A stretch of 60,349 bases of DNA, filler included, from Hausera hauseri (taxonomy: Eukaryota), in NCBI GenBank assembly GCA_046269625.1. It is 12 parts of 12 records of this genome, joined end to end, with 100 filler letters (N's around TTAATTAATTAA, not from the genome) between each part and the next. Parts side by side here need not be neighbours in the genome. Positions count along the whole stretch, not along the records: positions 18,668 to 26,595 come from JBJURY010866519.1; positions 26,696 to 32,964 come from JBJURY010119098.1; positions 33,065 to 37,107 come from JBJURY010798645.1; 9 more parts are not named here. The stretch is one strand, 5' to 3'. This document shows, in pieces, positions 25,682 through 34,643 of the stretch (its first letter is position 1; each line of letters begins with the position of its first letter). The position numbers were made by a program, and so were the translations under genes. The notes below the pieces were generated by a model. It saw only the letters and a program-made list of their open reading frames with translations. It ran no database searches and was not told the DNA's origin.

Positions 25682-26595
25682 TTCACCGGGGAAGGGGATT
25701 TTATGAAAATAAAAATCAATAATAGAATAACGAGCAGTAGGTCCGCAAATTGGGCTTAGAGGGAGAACTATGATGTATTTAATTTAATTTATTTATTTAA
25801 TTAATTTATTATTTATTTAATTAATTTACCTACTGCTCGTTATTCTATAATAACAGCGCTTAATAGTTTTATAACTTATAAATTATAAGTCTCTGCATAT
25901 TGGTATAGAAAATGAAACGCATTTGAATTTTTATGTCATCAACTGAACTTTTTTGTTGATTTTTATCGTCAACTGAATTTTTATGTCGTGAACCCATTAA
26001 CTTGAGTTACTGAAATTTTATTGTATTTTTTATTAGTTGCCATAGCTTATTATGTAAAAAGTGTGTGATCAACCAGGTATAAATACCTGGTCATTTTTAC
26101 TAGAAACAGAACAATTGATAAAGATTGTACCTTCACGATTATTATTTGACTCTTAAGTTGATCAATCCCTGTAAGTTTTCATGAACATTTCTTATCATTT
26201 TTGGATTATTATATTATTTTCCCCCATTTTGTTATATTCTGATTCTAACTAATTAAGTAAATAAGTAATTCTAAGTAAACGATTGGAAGACTCAGCCGTC
26301 CAGGTCAAACTCTACCTGACGGCAGCACGTTTAATATTAATTAAAACAGTGTCAAATAAAACCGTAGTAAGTAAAACCAAAAGAAAGGGCATAAATAGCC
26401 TACTAGACCCTGACATATAGACATAGGATAGTGCTAGGTAGGATTCTAGCATCTGTCCCACCCACACATTATAAAGTTATTTGTTCGCCCATTAATTCGT
26501 ATAAGGTATAATTAAAAGTCCCTCCGAAATTGAATTATTGGGAACTGAACAATATTATTGATTTTTATTTCCATAAAATCCCCTTCCCCGGTGAA
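25682..26595. mobile_element. Non-autonomous inverted-repeat element with a nested 127-bp mini inverted-repeat element
   Basis: 42-bp inverted repeats with 1 mismatch at 25682-25723 and 26554-26595. Inner 21-bp inverted repeat ATAGAATAACGAGCAGTAGGT at 25722-25742 and 25828-25848. Confidence 0.75.
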
Positions 26596-26696
26596 NNNNN
26601 NNNNNNNNNNNNNNNNNNNNNNNNNNNNNNNNNNNNNNNTTAATTAATTAANNNNNNNNNNNNNNNNNNNNNNNNNNNNNNNNNNNNNNNNNNNNT

Positions 26697-27296
26697 CAAG
26701 GAGATAGGCCTACAGGTTTTTTACCGCAGTTTAACAGAGATAGAGAATTAGGTAGAACAGTACAACCTATTCCGAATCATCCTGAATTAAGACCTGGAAA
26801 TGATCAATGGTTCCCACGTGAAAGAGTTCAAGGTAATCCTTTAGGAACAGACACTGAACGCGACAAATTATTTTTAGAAACCTTGCATATTTATAAGACA
26901 GTTAAGGATTTGCAAGTGGGTCGATATGGTGATTTGCAAAGAGATGCCGACCATTATGATGGTATGCATCATGATCACTGGCCATCTGCGGCGGCAATCA
27001 TTAAACATATAGAAGATAGTAGACGCATAGAATTATCTCGATCAGAAAGGAATGAAATTATAAAAAATACAAATGCTATTGTTATTGTGGAAGAGTTACA
27101 TTTAAAAAGTAGAACATTTGGTGGAAGGAACACAGCAGTCCAAATAGAAACTGATTCAAAAGATTTGGCTACTGCTGCCGCTAAAGATGCCGAAGTATTT
27201 AGGGAAAATGCTTTGAAAAGAGGGTATGAACCTGAAAAAATTGAGGAAGCAATACGAAAAATGCACGATCTAAATAGAAAGTGTGGATTATATTGA
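26697..27296 (+). CDS. C-terminal part of a polymorphic toxin; nuclease domain of the type found in S-type pyocin (S3-like) and Rhs C-termini
   Basis: Frame is open from the contig edge. Motifs VGRYGDL..DGMHHDHWPS..AIVI..LH..SRTFGGRNT..DSKDL..IEEA..MHDLN..GLY. Confidence 0.7.
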   Translation, partial: QGDRPTGFLPQFNRDRELGRTVQPIPNHPELRPGNDQWFPRERVQGNPLGTDTERDKLFLETLHIYKTVKDLQVGRYGDLQRDADHYDGMHHDHWPSAAAIIKHIEDSRRIELSRSERNEIIKNTNAIVIVEELHLKSRTFGGRNTAVQIETDSKDLATAAAKDAEVFRENALKRGYEPEKIEEAIRKMHDLNRKCGLY

Positions 27297-27299
27297 TAG

Positions 27300-27809
27300 G
27301 TGAGTAAAATGAAAAATATTACATTTGAACAAAAATTGTTGAACATTCTTGGAAAAGATAATGATGATGATGCGGTAAAAAAATTTGTTGAGGATATTGA
27401 CGAAAAGCCTACAGTTGGAATTGAAGAATTTGAGCTACCAAATGATAGATTGTATTATGAATTCTCAAATTATGGTCTTGCGTTAATGTTTAATAAAAAA
27501 GGAAAACTAACAACAATATATGTACACATAATTGGTAGCAAAGGATTTAATAGATTTAGCAAAGATTTTAATTGGTTCATTAATCAAGAACGTGATTGTG
27601 ACAGGGTAAATATTATAAATAACCTTGGAAAACCTTCTGATGAAAATAATGAAGAGTATTTTTATTATGGGTATTTAACGCCTAAATGGATAGTATACGA
27701 TTACAAAGACTATACAATTCATTTTACATTTTATGGTGCAAGAGATAAATTGGCACAAATAACAATAATGACTCCAGACGTTGCACCTGGAAGAAAAAGT
27801 GCCGCTTAA
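27300..27809 (+). CDS. Cognate immunity protein (DUF6392-like)
   Basis: Starts 3 nt after the toxin stop. About 169 aa, acidic/aromatic, with an L..LGK..YY....GL.L.F....L..I pattern and LGKP..WI.YDY. Confidence 0.6.
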   Translation: MSKMKNITFEQKLLNILGKDNDDDAVKKFVEDIDEKPTVGIEEFELPNDRLYYEFSNYGLALMFNKKGKLTTIYVHIIGSKGFNRFSKDFNWFINQERDCDRVNIINNLGKPSDENNEEYFYYGYLTPKWIVYDYKDYTIHFTFYGARDKLAQITIMTPDVAPGRKSAA

Positions 27810-27818
27810 ATTTCGATA

Positions 27819-28067
27819 TTAAGCTACCAGGTAGTTAAGTTCTTTTTTTTCTTCTAGTTCATCATAAAAGATATCAGGACGGAGATCTTTTTCAGTGACT
27901 TCGCCTTGTGATATGGCTACCAATTTTCTAACAACAGATGGTGATATTGCAGTTCTTCCTTTTAACCAATCAGTTATATTCCCTCTGCTGACGCCAATTT
28001 TACGAGCAAGTTCAGCCTGAGACCCAACCTTATTAATTATTTTAACTAAATAACTTTTTCTATCCAT
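27819..28067 (-). CDS. Cro/YdaS-like HTH regulator
   Basis: GSQAELARKIGVSRGNITDWLKG...GEVTEKDLRPDIF is a classic Cro/YdaS signature. Confidence 0.9.
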   Translation of the reverse strand: MDRKSYLVKIINKVGSQAELARKIGVSRGNITDWLKGRTAISPSVVRKLVAISQGEVTEKDLRPDIFYDELEEKKELNYLVA

Positions 28068-28099
28068 AACTTTATCTTAACACATATATTAAAAAAATG

Positions 28100-28182
28100 T
28101 TGACATTGTACTTAAATCAGTACAAACTAGAATTGTTTTGAAATGTACTGCGATGCTCAGAGCTTGGTACCTCTGGCATCGC
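28100..28182 (+). promoter_or_regulatory. Divergent promoter region with an operator palindrome and a leader hairpin
   Basis: TTGACA at 28100; perfect 7-bp palindrome TTGTACT-N6-AGTACAA at 28106-28125; TAGAAT at 28128; stem GCGATGC..GCATCGC at about 28150-28182. Confidence 0.6.
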
Positions 28183-28216
28183 TTATCACTAACGCCACGC
28201 AATAGGAGCCAATGAA

Positions 28217-28486
28217 ATGAGTACTTTTTTAAGTATACCCAAACCAAAAAAGTTTAGCAACACACATAAACCACCAACTAACCAGCCTGAACGACAAGAA
28301 CTTCACGGATTGATCCGTTCTATTCTGCAATATCGCCCACCTCAGGATCACTTATACCCAGACGATGGCTTTGACTGCTTAGCCTTTGAGTATCCTTACG
28401 GCCATTCAACATACATTCGCGATCTCACCTCGGAAGGCTGTTTTTTCGATATGGAGCAAGGAGCAGAACATGAACACATTCAATAA
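28217..28486 (+). CDS. Phage hypothetical protein
   Basis: AGGAG RBS upstream; first ORF of the operon. Confidence 0.5.
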   Translation: MSTFLSIPKPKKFSNTHKPPTNQPERQELHGLIRSILQYRPPQDHLYPDDGFDCLAFEYPYGHSTYIRDLTSEGCFFDMEQGAEHEHIQ

Positions 28487-28691
28487 GGAACAATTTAAGG
28501 ACGAGTTGTACGAGTTCATAACAGCCAGAATTAACGCTGTGTATCCCGACTTAGTGAGAACTGGTGGAGATGTCGGGAACTTTCATAGGGAATTTCTACA
28601 AGCTGTTTTCTTCATAGTGGAGGAGACTGTTGTCCAGAACTTTCATGGTTGGAAGTGGTACCTAGAAGCCAAGTACAGGGGAGGTAAATAA
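28470..28691 (+). CDS. Phage hypothetical protein (MNTFNKEQF...)
   Basis: AGGAG RBS before the ATG at 28470; overlaps the preceding ORF. Confidence 0.55.
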   Translation: MNTFNKEQFKDELYEFITARINAVYPDLVRTGGDVGNFHREFLQAVFFIVEETVVQNFHGWKWYLEAKYRGGK

Positions 28692-28692
28692 G

Positions 28693-29874
28693 ATGTGTAT
28701 ACAACTAAACAAAATTGAGGTGACAAAAACCTACAGACTTCCTGCTTTTAGCAGGGAGTTTGTACTAAACGACTGTATAATAACCAGTACCCGCATGGGT
28801 ACAACCCTTAATGATAAATTTAATTCCTTCAGTTACTGCGTAGTAGAAGGAATTTACGTTATGAATGGTATTAGTGGATTGCAACAAGAAGCACAAAAAC
28901 TTGCTCTTAAAAAGGCAGTAAACGAATTGGGCGGAATAGATAATTTTGCCGCGGAAGCAGATGTATCAAGGTATACAGTTAAAAATATCCTATACGATCC
29001 AACTAAATATGGTACTTTAAGATGTGCTATTCTGGCGGTTCTAAAATGTGGTGTTGATATAAGTATAGTATCGCCAGGAACGTCTAAATTAAACGCTCTT
29101 TTTAAACAAGTTATCTCACCGCATATAAAGCACATTCTTCTAAAAAACATCATCTTTAATCCAAACATTCATTATCTAAATTGCTGTCATGATGAGCACG
29201 AGTTTATGCTCGTTGATGATCGTAATGAGATCATATCTGGCAAGCAAAAGAAGTTGGAATCAGAACGAAAAGGAGAACTGATAACAGTCGTAAAACATAT
29301 CAATTTGGACGATTTATGGGATGGAAGGACGGGTATTTATAGCTATGGTATTTGTATCAACGACATCCGAAAATGGGAAATTGGAGTCAAGTTATTTGAC
29401 CGATACACTAAAGGATCGGGTTTTAGGAGCGATATTGAAAAAAATATCTTAGAAAATTGGTCAAAAAGTAGTCAACCTACGCAAAATTTTGCGCAGGTTA
29501 AAACTCCAAAACGGCAACCAGAAACATTAGATAAGGTGTGTGACATAGTTGAACTCAACAGAACAACTTTTCGCCAACTCAACAAAATATGCCTTTCTGA
29601 AACTCATCCACTAATAGGTGCTGTTGCCAAAGGACTTTCCGTAAATAAAGCCACCGATGCATTAAATGCATTTTTTCACGAAAACTCCGCACAACGTGAA
29701 TCAATACTTCACAGATTGTTGAATGGTGAAGTTGACGACTCGCTATTGCAAGAAATTAAAGCAGAGGCAAGGCTCCAAGGCTCCAAGGCTCCAAGGCTCC
29801 AAGGCTCCAAGGCTCCAAGGCTCCAAACAATGTTAACGGAATATGGGGAGAGGCGACATGAACATACACACTAA
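28693..29874 (+). CDS. Cro-like HTH plus ParB-N-like protein (start may be 28861) with a C-terminal 8-bp repeat tract
   Basis: HTH LKKAVNELGGIDNFAAEADVSRYTVKNIL; ParB-like MLVDDRNEIISG; GAAGGA before the ATG at 28861. Confidence 0.6.
   Translation: MCIQLNKIEVTKTYRLPAFSREFVLNDCIITSTRMGTTLNDKFNSFSYCVVEGIYVMNGISGLQQEAQKLALKKAVNELGGIDNFAAEADVSRYTVKNILYDPTKYGTLRCAILAVLKCGVDISIVSPGTSKLNALFKQVISPHIKHILLKNIIFNPNIHYLNCCHDEHEFMLVDDRNEIISGKQKKLESERKGELITVVKHINLDDLWDGRTGIYSYGICINDIRKWEIGVKLFDRYTKGSGFRSDIEKNILENWSKSSQPTQNFAQVKTPKRQPETLDKVCDIVELNRTTFRQLNKICLSETHPLIGAVAKGLSVNKATDALNAFFHENSAQRESILHRLLNGEVDDSLLQEIKAEARLQGSKAPRLQGSKAPRLQTMLTEYGERRHEHTH
29771..29826 (+). repeat. (GGCTCCAA)7 simple sequence repeat inside a CDS
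   Basis: Seven exact 8-bp copies. Confidence 0.95.
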
Positions 29875-30049
29875 CCCATGTGTTTTAGTCAGAGCGGTAC
29901 GAGTTCTTGATTATTGCTTGGGAGATCAAGGGAACGCTTTAGTAAAAGATGTCATTAACGGACACGTATTTAAGACTTCGATATCCGATATCAAGCGTTA
30001 TACCTACCAAGGAGAAGAACTATTACTAGTAACGGGAGACATACAATGA
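29858..30049 (+). CDS. Phage hypothetical protein
   Basis: GGGGAGAGG RBS; ATGA overlap with recT. Confidence 0.55.
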   Translation: MNIHTNPCVLVRAVRVLDYCLGDQGNALVKDVINGHVFKTSISDIKRYTYQGEELLLVTGDIQ

Positions 30050-30921
30050 GTGCAACAATTATTCATCAACAGTCTCATGGAATCATGGACTTTAGCAAGT
30101 TTGAGAACGCATGGAAGGCTTGCGAGTTTATAGCAGGTTCTTCTTTCTGTCCAAAAGAGTTTAGAAGTAAACCTGGTGATGTGCTTTGTGCCATTCAATA
30201 TGGCACAGAAATTGGTTTGCAACCTATGCAGGCTTTGCAGAACGTTGCGGTGATTAATGGCAGACCGTGCGTGTATGGCGATACGTTGCTTGCTTTGTGT
30301 CAGTCTTCTCCTGAGTGTGAGTACATTCACGAGGAATATGACGAGAACACAGAAACAGCAATTTGTAGGGTCAAGCGTAAGGGGCATCCTGAACTTGTAA
30401 GAACGTTTAGCAAAAAGGAGGCTGAGGCTGCTGGGCTTCTAAAGCGAGAAGGGCCTTGGCGTACTTATATGAAACGGATGCTACAGATGCGCGCCAGGGG
30501 ATTTGGTCTAAGAGATGCGTTCGCTTTCCTTTTAAGAGGCATCATCACTGCTGAAGAAGCAAAAGACTATCCAATGCCACAAAAACAGTTTCAAAAAATA
30601 ACACCTATCAATTCGAGCATTCAAGTAATTGAGCAACATCAAACAATGACGGAAGAAACCAAGCATCATTTATTGAGTTTAGTTAAAGCTGTCAATTTAA
30701 ATAATGAACGAGTTCAAAAAATTACGAAATTTGCAAAAGTTGAACACTTAGAAGATATAAGCGAAAAAATAGCTTTAAAGGTGATAGGACAGCTTGAAAA
30801 AGAATTTTCTAACGTTATGAATCAAGAAGAACCTTGTGAGCTTTGTGTAGAAATTCAGCAAGTAACTGAGGAAACCAAAAGTAGTGATGTCGCAAGCATG
30901 ATGGAGATAAAACAACCATGA
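30046..30921 (+). CDS. recT: RecT/Red-beta family single-strand annealing protein
   Basis: KPGDVLCAIQYGTEIGLQPMQALQNVAVINGRP...GPWRTYMKRMLQMRARGFGLRDAF...EEA. Confidence 0.9.
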   Translation: MSATIIHQQSHGIMDFSKFENAWKACEFIAGSSFCPKEFRSKPGDVLCAIQYGTEIGLQPMQALQNVAVINGRPCVYGDTLLALCQSSPECEYIHEEYDENTETAICRVKRKGHPELVRTFSKKEAEAAGLLKREGPWRTYMKRMLQMRARGFGLRDAFAFLLRGIITAEEAKDYPMPQKQFQKITPINSSIQVIEQHQTMTEETKHHLLSLVKAVNLNNERVQKITKFAKVEHLEDISEKIALKVIGQLEKEFSNVMNQEEPCELCVEIQQVTEETKSSDVASMMEIKQP

Positions 30922-31136
30922 ACAAAGAAAAAACAAAAAAAACCATAAATTACAGTTTAACCATTCATGAAAAAATGAAGGATCGTATTTACTTAATTGA
31001 AGATACAGTTACAGAAATAAGAAAAATGATAGATGAAATTGATAATAAATTAGAATTAATCAAGAAACATATATGGAAAATAGATGACGATATTAATGAT
31101 TCTAGAGAAGCACTTCGAGGAGAAAATAATGCTTAA
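30918..31136 (+). CDS. Small coiled-coil phage protein
   Basis: ATGA overlap, GGAG RBS and heptad pattern. Confidence 0.6.
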   Translation: MNKEKTKKTINYSLTIHEKMKDRIYLIEDTVTEIRKMIDEIDNKLELIKKHIWKIDDDINDSREALRGENNA

Positions 31137-31389
31137 TGAAGAAGATGTTCTCAAAAGTTTAAACGCTGCGTGCTCTGCATTTGGAGCAATAACAATCCAC
31201 AGCAGTGCAGCCTCTACGCGCTGTACAAAAATGATTGCCGATAAGCTTTGCAAAGACATAAGCAATTGGGAGATTGGCAAACGAATTTCCCAATATCGTT
31301 ATAAGATTGAGCAAACGTTGAACTGGATAAAACCGCTTGAGGCTGAGTTTTTGAAAAGGAGGGAAGCAAATGAGCAAGAAGGTTGTTGA
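31129..31389 (+). CDS. Phage hypothetical protein (MLNEEDVLKS...)
   Basis: GAGGAG RBS; overlaps its neighbours. Confidence 0.55.
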   Translation: MLNEEDVLKSLNAACSAFGAITIHSSAASTRCTKMIADKLCKDISNWEIGKRISQYRYKIEQTLNWIKPLEAEFLKRREANEQEGC

Positions 31390-31672
31390 TTATGAGATTT
31401 TAATATATGCCGATATACTAGTTACCATCACATCCTTGAATGTCACTCAGCAGTTATAGAATATCTGCCTTTCATGGATCCATCTTTTGTTCAAGTCCTA
31501 GGTACATGACAANNNNNNNNNNATAGAAACCTTTGAGGAAATAATTAAAGATAGCCTTGAAGATGGTTATGAATTATATGGATTTCCTTGGTCAAATATA
31601 GATGAAAACAAGAAAGAATGGTTTTACCAAGCAATGGTTAAGTATGAGGAATGCAAGGAGGATTCCAAGTGA
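31370..31672 (+). pseudogene. DUF1737-like small protein interrupted by an insertion and an assembly gap
   Basis: MSKKVVDYEILIYAD before the insertion and IETFEEIIKDSLEDGYELYGFP...FYQAMVK after the 10-N gap. Confidence 0.55.
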
Positions 31673-32011
31673 ATTTTTTTCTAAAAGATCATCAAGAAAC
31701 CCATCGTTACGAGAAAAACAAAAAGCGTATATCCATATTGGAGCTTTTACGAATTGCAATATATGCAGCAATTGTAATGTTCGTAATTCATTTGATTTAT
31801 AAAGGGTCTTCTTACTACGACAAGAAGAGTGAACCAACGAAAGAGGTCTTAAAAACGGAGGTGAGAAATAGTTATGTTTAAAAGTGATGTGTATTTGTTA
31901 ACGATGTTATTTAGTTTGAGTTTGTGTGTGTTTGGAACTGGAATACTGGTTGGTCAGCATATTGGTTTAAATTCCACACATGGTTATGAACGTTTATTTA
32001 GTAAGGAGTGA
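31669..32011 (+). CDS. Two small single-TM phage proteins (31669-31881 and 31874-32011)
   Basis: Hydrophobic segments IAIYAAIVMFVIHLIY and YLLTMLFSLSLCVFGTGILVG; RBSs and overlaps. Confidence 0.5.
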
Positions 32012-32460
32012 ACAAAATGGCAGCACAAGTGAATGAAAAGCAATTTGAACTAGCAAAGCCTGGAAGGTATGAGTTTTATATCTCAGGCGTTATTGATACT
32101 AATAAGGACGGAATACCATTAACTTTAAGCAATGGACATCCTTATAGACGTATTAGATTAACTGTCATAGACAAAGATGATTACTGCACTGATATATACG
32201 ATGTTGTGTTTGATTCTGACAGGGTAAAAGAAATATTTGAGTGTGTCGGAAAGCCCGTATCATCCACCACAAAAATTGATTTAGACCATCTTTACGATCT
32301 AAGAGGGCATAGAGGTTATTGCATGGTTGGGATCAGGAAAAGTAAAAAGGAAGACTATAACGACCAAAACGACGTTAAGTGCTACATCCCTAAAAGCGTA
32401 TGGAGCGACAAAAGTTCTAGTGGAGACAGCATCAAGTGTGTCACAAACGGGTATGTCCAT
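32008..32460 (+). CDS. DUF669-like phage ssDNA-binding protein, with its 3' end replaced by non-phage DNA
   Basis: FELAKPGRYEFYI..IYDVVF..DLRGHRGYCMVGI..YNDQNDVKCYIP. The listed ORF tail (IHFNFNKSFHLLF..) is read from the AT-rich foldback. Confidence 0.6.
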
Positions 32461-32470
32461 TACAACATAC

Positions 32471-32964
32471 ATTTCAATTTCAATAAATCATTTCATTTAC
32501 TTTTTACATTTTTGCATATTTTAGCTATTTTTGATTACTGCTTTGATTATTTTAAATTTAGAATAAAAAGAAGGTAAATATGAAATGGAAGCCGAAAAAA
32601 GGAACTGATGCTATTCTGAAAGAATGTAAGTAACTGGTTAAACTCTAGAAACTTGTTGAAATAACTGTGACATAAAAATCATTCATTTTACAGTACCAGA
32701 GGATTCTTCACGAGTTGGAAACAAAGTCATTAAAAATGAAACTGTAAAATAAATGATTTTTATGTAACAGTTATTTCGACAAATTTTTAGAGTTTAACCA
32801 GTTACTAACATTCTTTCAGTATAGCATAAGTTTCCTTTCTCCGGTTTCCATTTCATATCTGCCGCATTTTTATTCTAAATTTAAAATAAAACAAAGCAGT
32901 AATCAAAAATAGCAAAAATGTAAACGAAAATTTAAAAAATAAATGAAATTATTAAAATTGAAAT
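32471..32964. repeat. Imperfect inverted duplication (arms 32471-32694 and 32741-32964) of eukaryote-like DNA
   Basis: Arms align at roughly 85% by eye. The left arm contains a canonical 68-nt intron-like segment GTAAGT...TTTTACAG (32626-32693). Confidence 0.85.
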
Positions 32965-33064
32965 NNNNNNNNNNNNNNNNNNNNNNNNNNNNNNNNNNNN
33001 NNNNNNNNTTAATTAATTAANNNNNNNNNNNNNNNNNNNNNNNNNNNNNNNNNNNNNNNNNNNN

Positions 33065-33522
33065 CGCGCAATGTTCGATTAAATCGTTCAACAAGTGCAG
33101 CCTTGTATTGGGAAAACACCGAGTAGTGGTTTACGCCGAACTGTTTCAATATCGCTGCAACGTGGGCGTTGTAGAATTCCTTACCCACATCCGTTTTTAA
33201 ATGCTTCGGTTGTTGTTGTTGTTGCATCAGTGTCTGAACAGCGTTGGCAATCTCTTTACTGGATTTGATTTTACGGCAAATGCAAAACGATGCTGGCGTA
33301 CGGAATCATTTCCATCAGATCCATTTGCCATACATTATTTACACCGGCAACATGGTATGCACGAGTTTGAAACCGCCTTCTTATCGGTTTGTTTAGGTTG
33401 TATGCTAACTGTTTCCCGGGCCAACGTTGGGTCTGTCTCCGACTCTGTTTGACAGTCTTTGCCAGTTTGTCGACGGCAGTATACCCGACGGGATGATGCG
33501 AGTCGAACCACACGTCGCCCAT
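33065..33522 (-). pseudogene. Polinton/adintovirus retroviral-like integrase fragment
   Basis: Motifs WFDSHHPVGY, AYNLNKPIRRRF, VWQMDL, PKHLKTDVGKEFYN and KAALVERFNRTLR. Confidence 0.88.
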
Positions 33523-33665
33523 TGTTGTAGTTGATGGTGTCGGTTTTGCTTGAATTACAACAATTCGAACGAAACGTAAATGAAAGATTCTGTAAACTGG
33601 AACAGAAAGATGAAAACCATGTACCTATATCGCCGAATCATATATACTTGCCGTCATTGTTTATA

Positions 33666-33989
33666 CTAAACTGTTCCAACAATGAGTCCATCCAGTAATG
33701 ACTTGACAATCGGTAGAATTGCATCAAGGAATCCACCGCCTTGCTGGTACATGACCTTTCGTTTCAGTTGTTTACTACGGGCGTTGGCAATGTCAATGAG
33801 TTGTTTTTAATACTTGAGTAAATTCCACTTCCCACTACCAATGTCAACGTGACCCACAACGACATTGCATAAAATTTCCATAAAATCGTCTACTAAAAAT
33901 TGCGAGAATGATCGCAGCATGTTTCGCTTATGTCTCGTAGGTGCCTTGATCAAAGCAATAAAGTACGGCTGACTATGTTTGAATCGCAT
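33666..33989 (-). pseudogene. Polinton/adintovirus small conserved virion protein ending QQGGGFL plus an amphipathic helix (one in-frame stop)
   Basis: EILCNVVVGHV..LLKY*KQLIDIA..KRKVMYQQGGGFLDAILPIVKSLL; lies directly upstream of the integrase. Confidence 0.7.
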
Positions 33990-34160
33990 TTTTGGACGTA
34001 TCGATGCTGATGAGACGCAGTTGTTTATGACCGTTGCCATTGTAACAGTAATATTCTTCTAGCTGCTGCTTTTGTTGTTCGAAGCACACAATTGATTAAT
34101 CACTTGACTGTAGCGGTTCGCTTTAATACACGTTTCTTGCTGGACATCCGCTTGGTAGGT

Positions 34161-34643
34161 TCAGGTTAAACAATCGTTTTTCAAAAATTCTTTATTTTTG
34201 TTATAATCATGTTGTCGATTTTCGAATTTCTTTATAGACACATACGGAGAATTTATAGTTAATTGGTATAACAAATTCATTACACTATTATACATCTTCT
34301 CCACTGAATAAAAAACCATATAAATTAATTCATTAGTTGTGTAACGTTTTGATAATACCTTCACCAATCTCTCACCGGGCCCATATATTTTACCTACTAC
34401 CTTATATCTCCTCCCTCCACCAATCAAACATCTTTGAATCATCGAATACTCTGATCCCTCAGCTAATTCATGTCGGTTCTCCCCCATCATTATTAAGATA
34501 ACACAATTATTAACAATTTCATTCCACCCATATCTCTTCCCAACTTTCCCGATCAAGCATACATTCCTCACCACAGACGCACTCTTGGAGTCAGAGAGAA
34601 GGAAATAACCACAAAAAGTATTATTAAATTCATATCTAACCAT
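34161..34643 (-). CDS. Unknown 160-aa ORF downstream of the BEL/Pao element
   Basis: Open frame only; no recognisable motif. Confidence 0.3.
   Translation of the reverse strand: MVRYEFNNTFCGYFLLSDSKSASVVRNVCLIGKVGKRYGWNEIVNNCVILIMMGENRHELAEGSEYSMIQRCLIGGGRRYKVVGKIYGPGERLVKVLSKRYTTNELIYMVFYSVEKMYNSVMNLLYQLTINSPYVSIKKFENRQHDYNKNKEFLKNDCLT

Larger units (their letters stand above)
26696..32460. mobile_element. Bacterial (pro)phage segment: toxin-immunity pair, Cro-like regulator and early/recombination operon
   Basis: Dense intronless ORFs with Shine-Dalgarno sites (AGGAG, GGAGG) and ATGA overlaps; RecT, Cro-like HTH and DUF669-like SSB. Confidence 0.9.

Noticed and set aside
32471-32964. Amplification (MDA) fold-back chimera, or a phage hairpin telomere
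   Set aside because: The arms differ at many positions, including indels, which fits neither a fresh artefact nor a protelomerase end.
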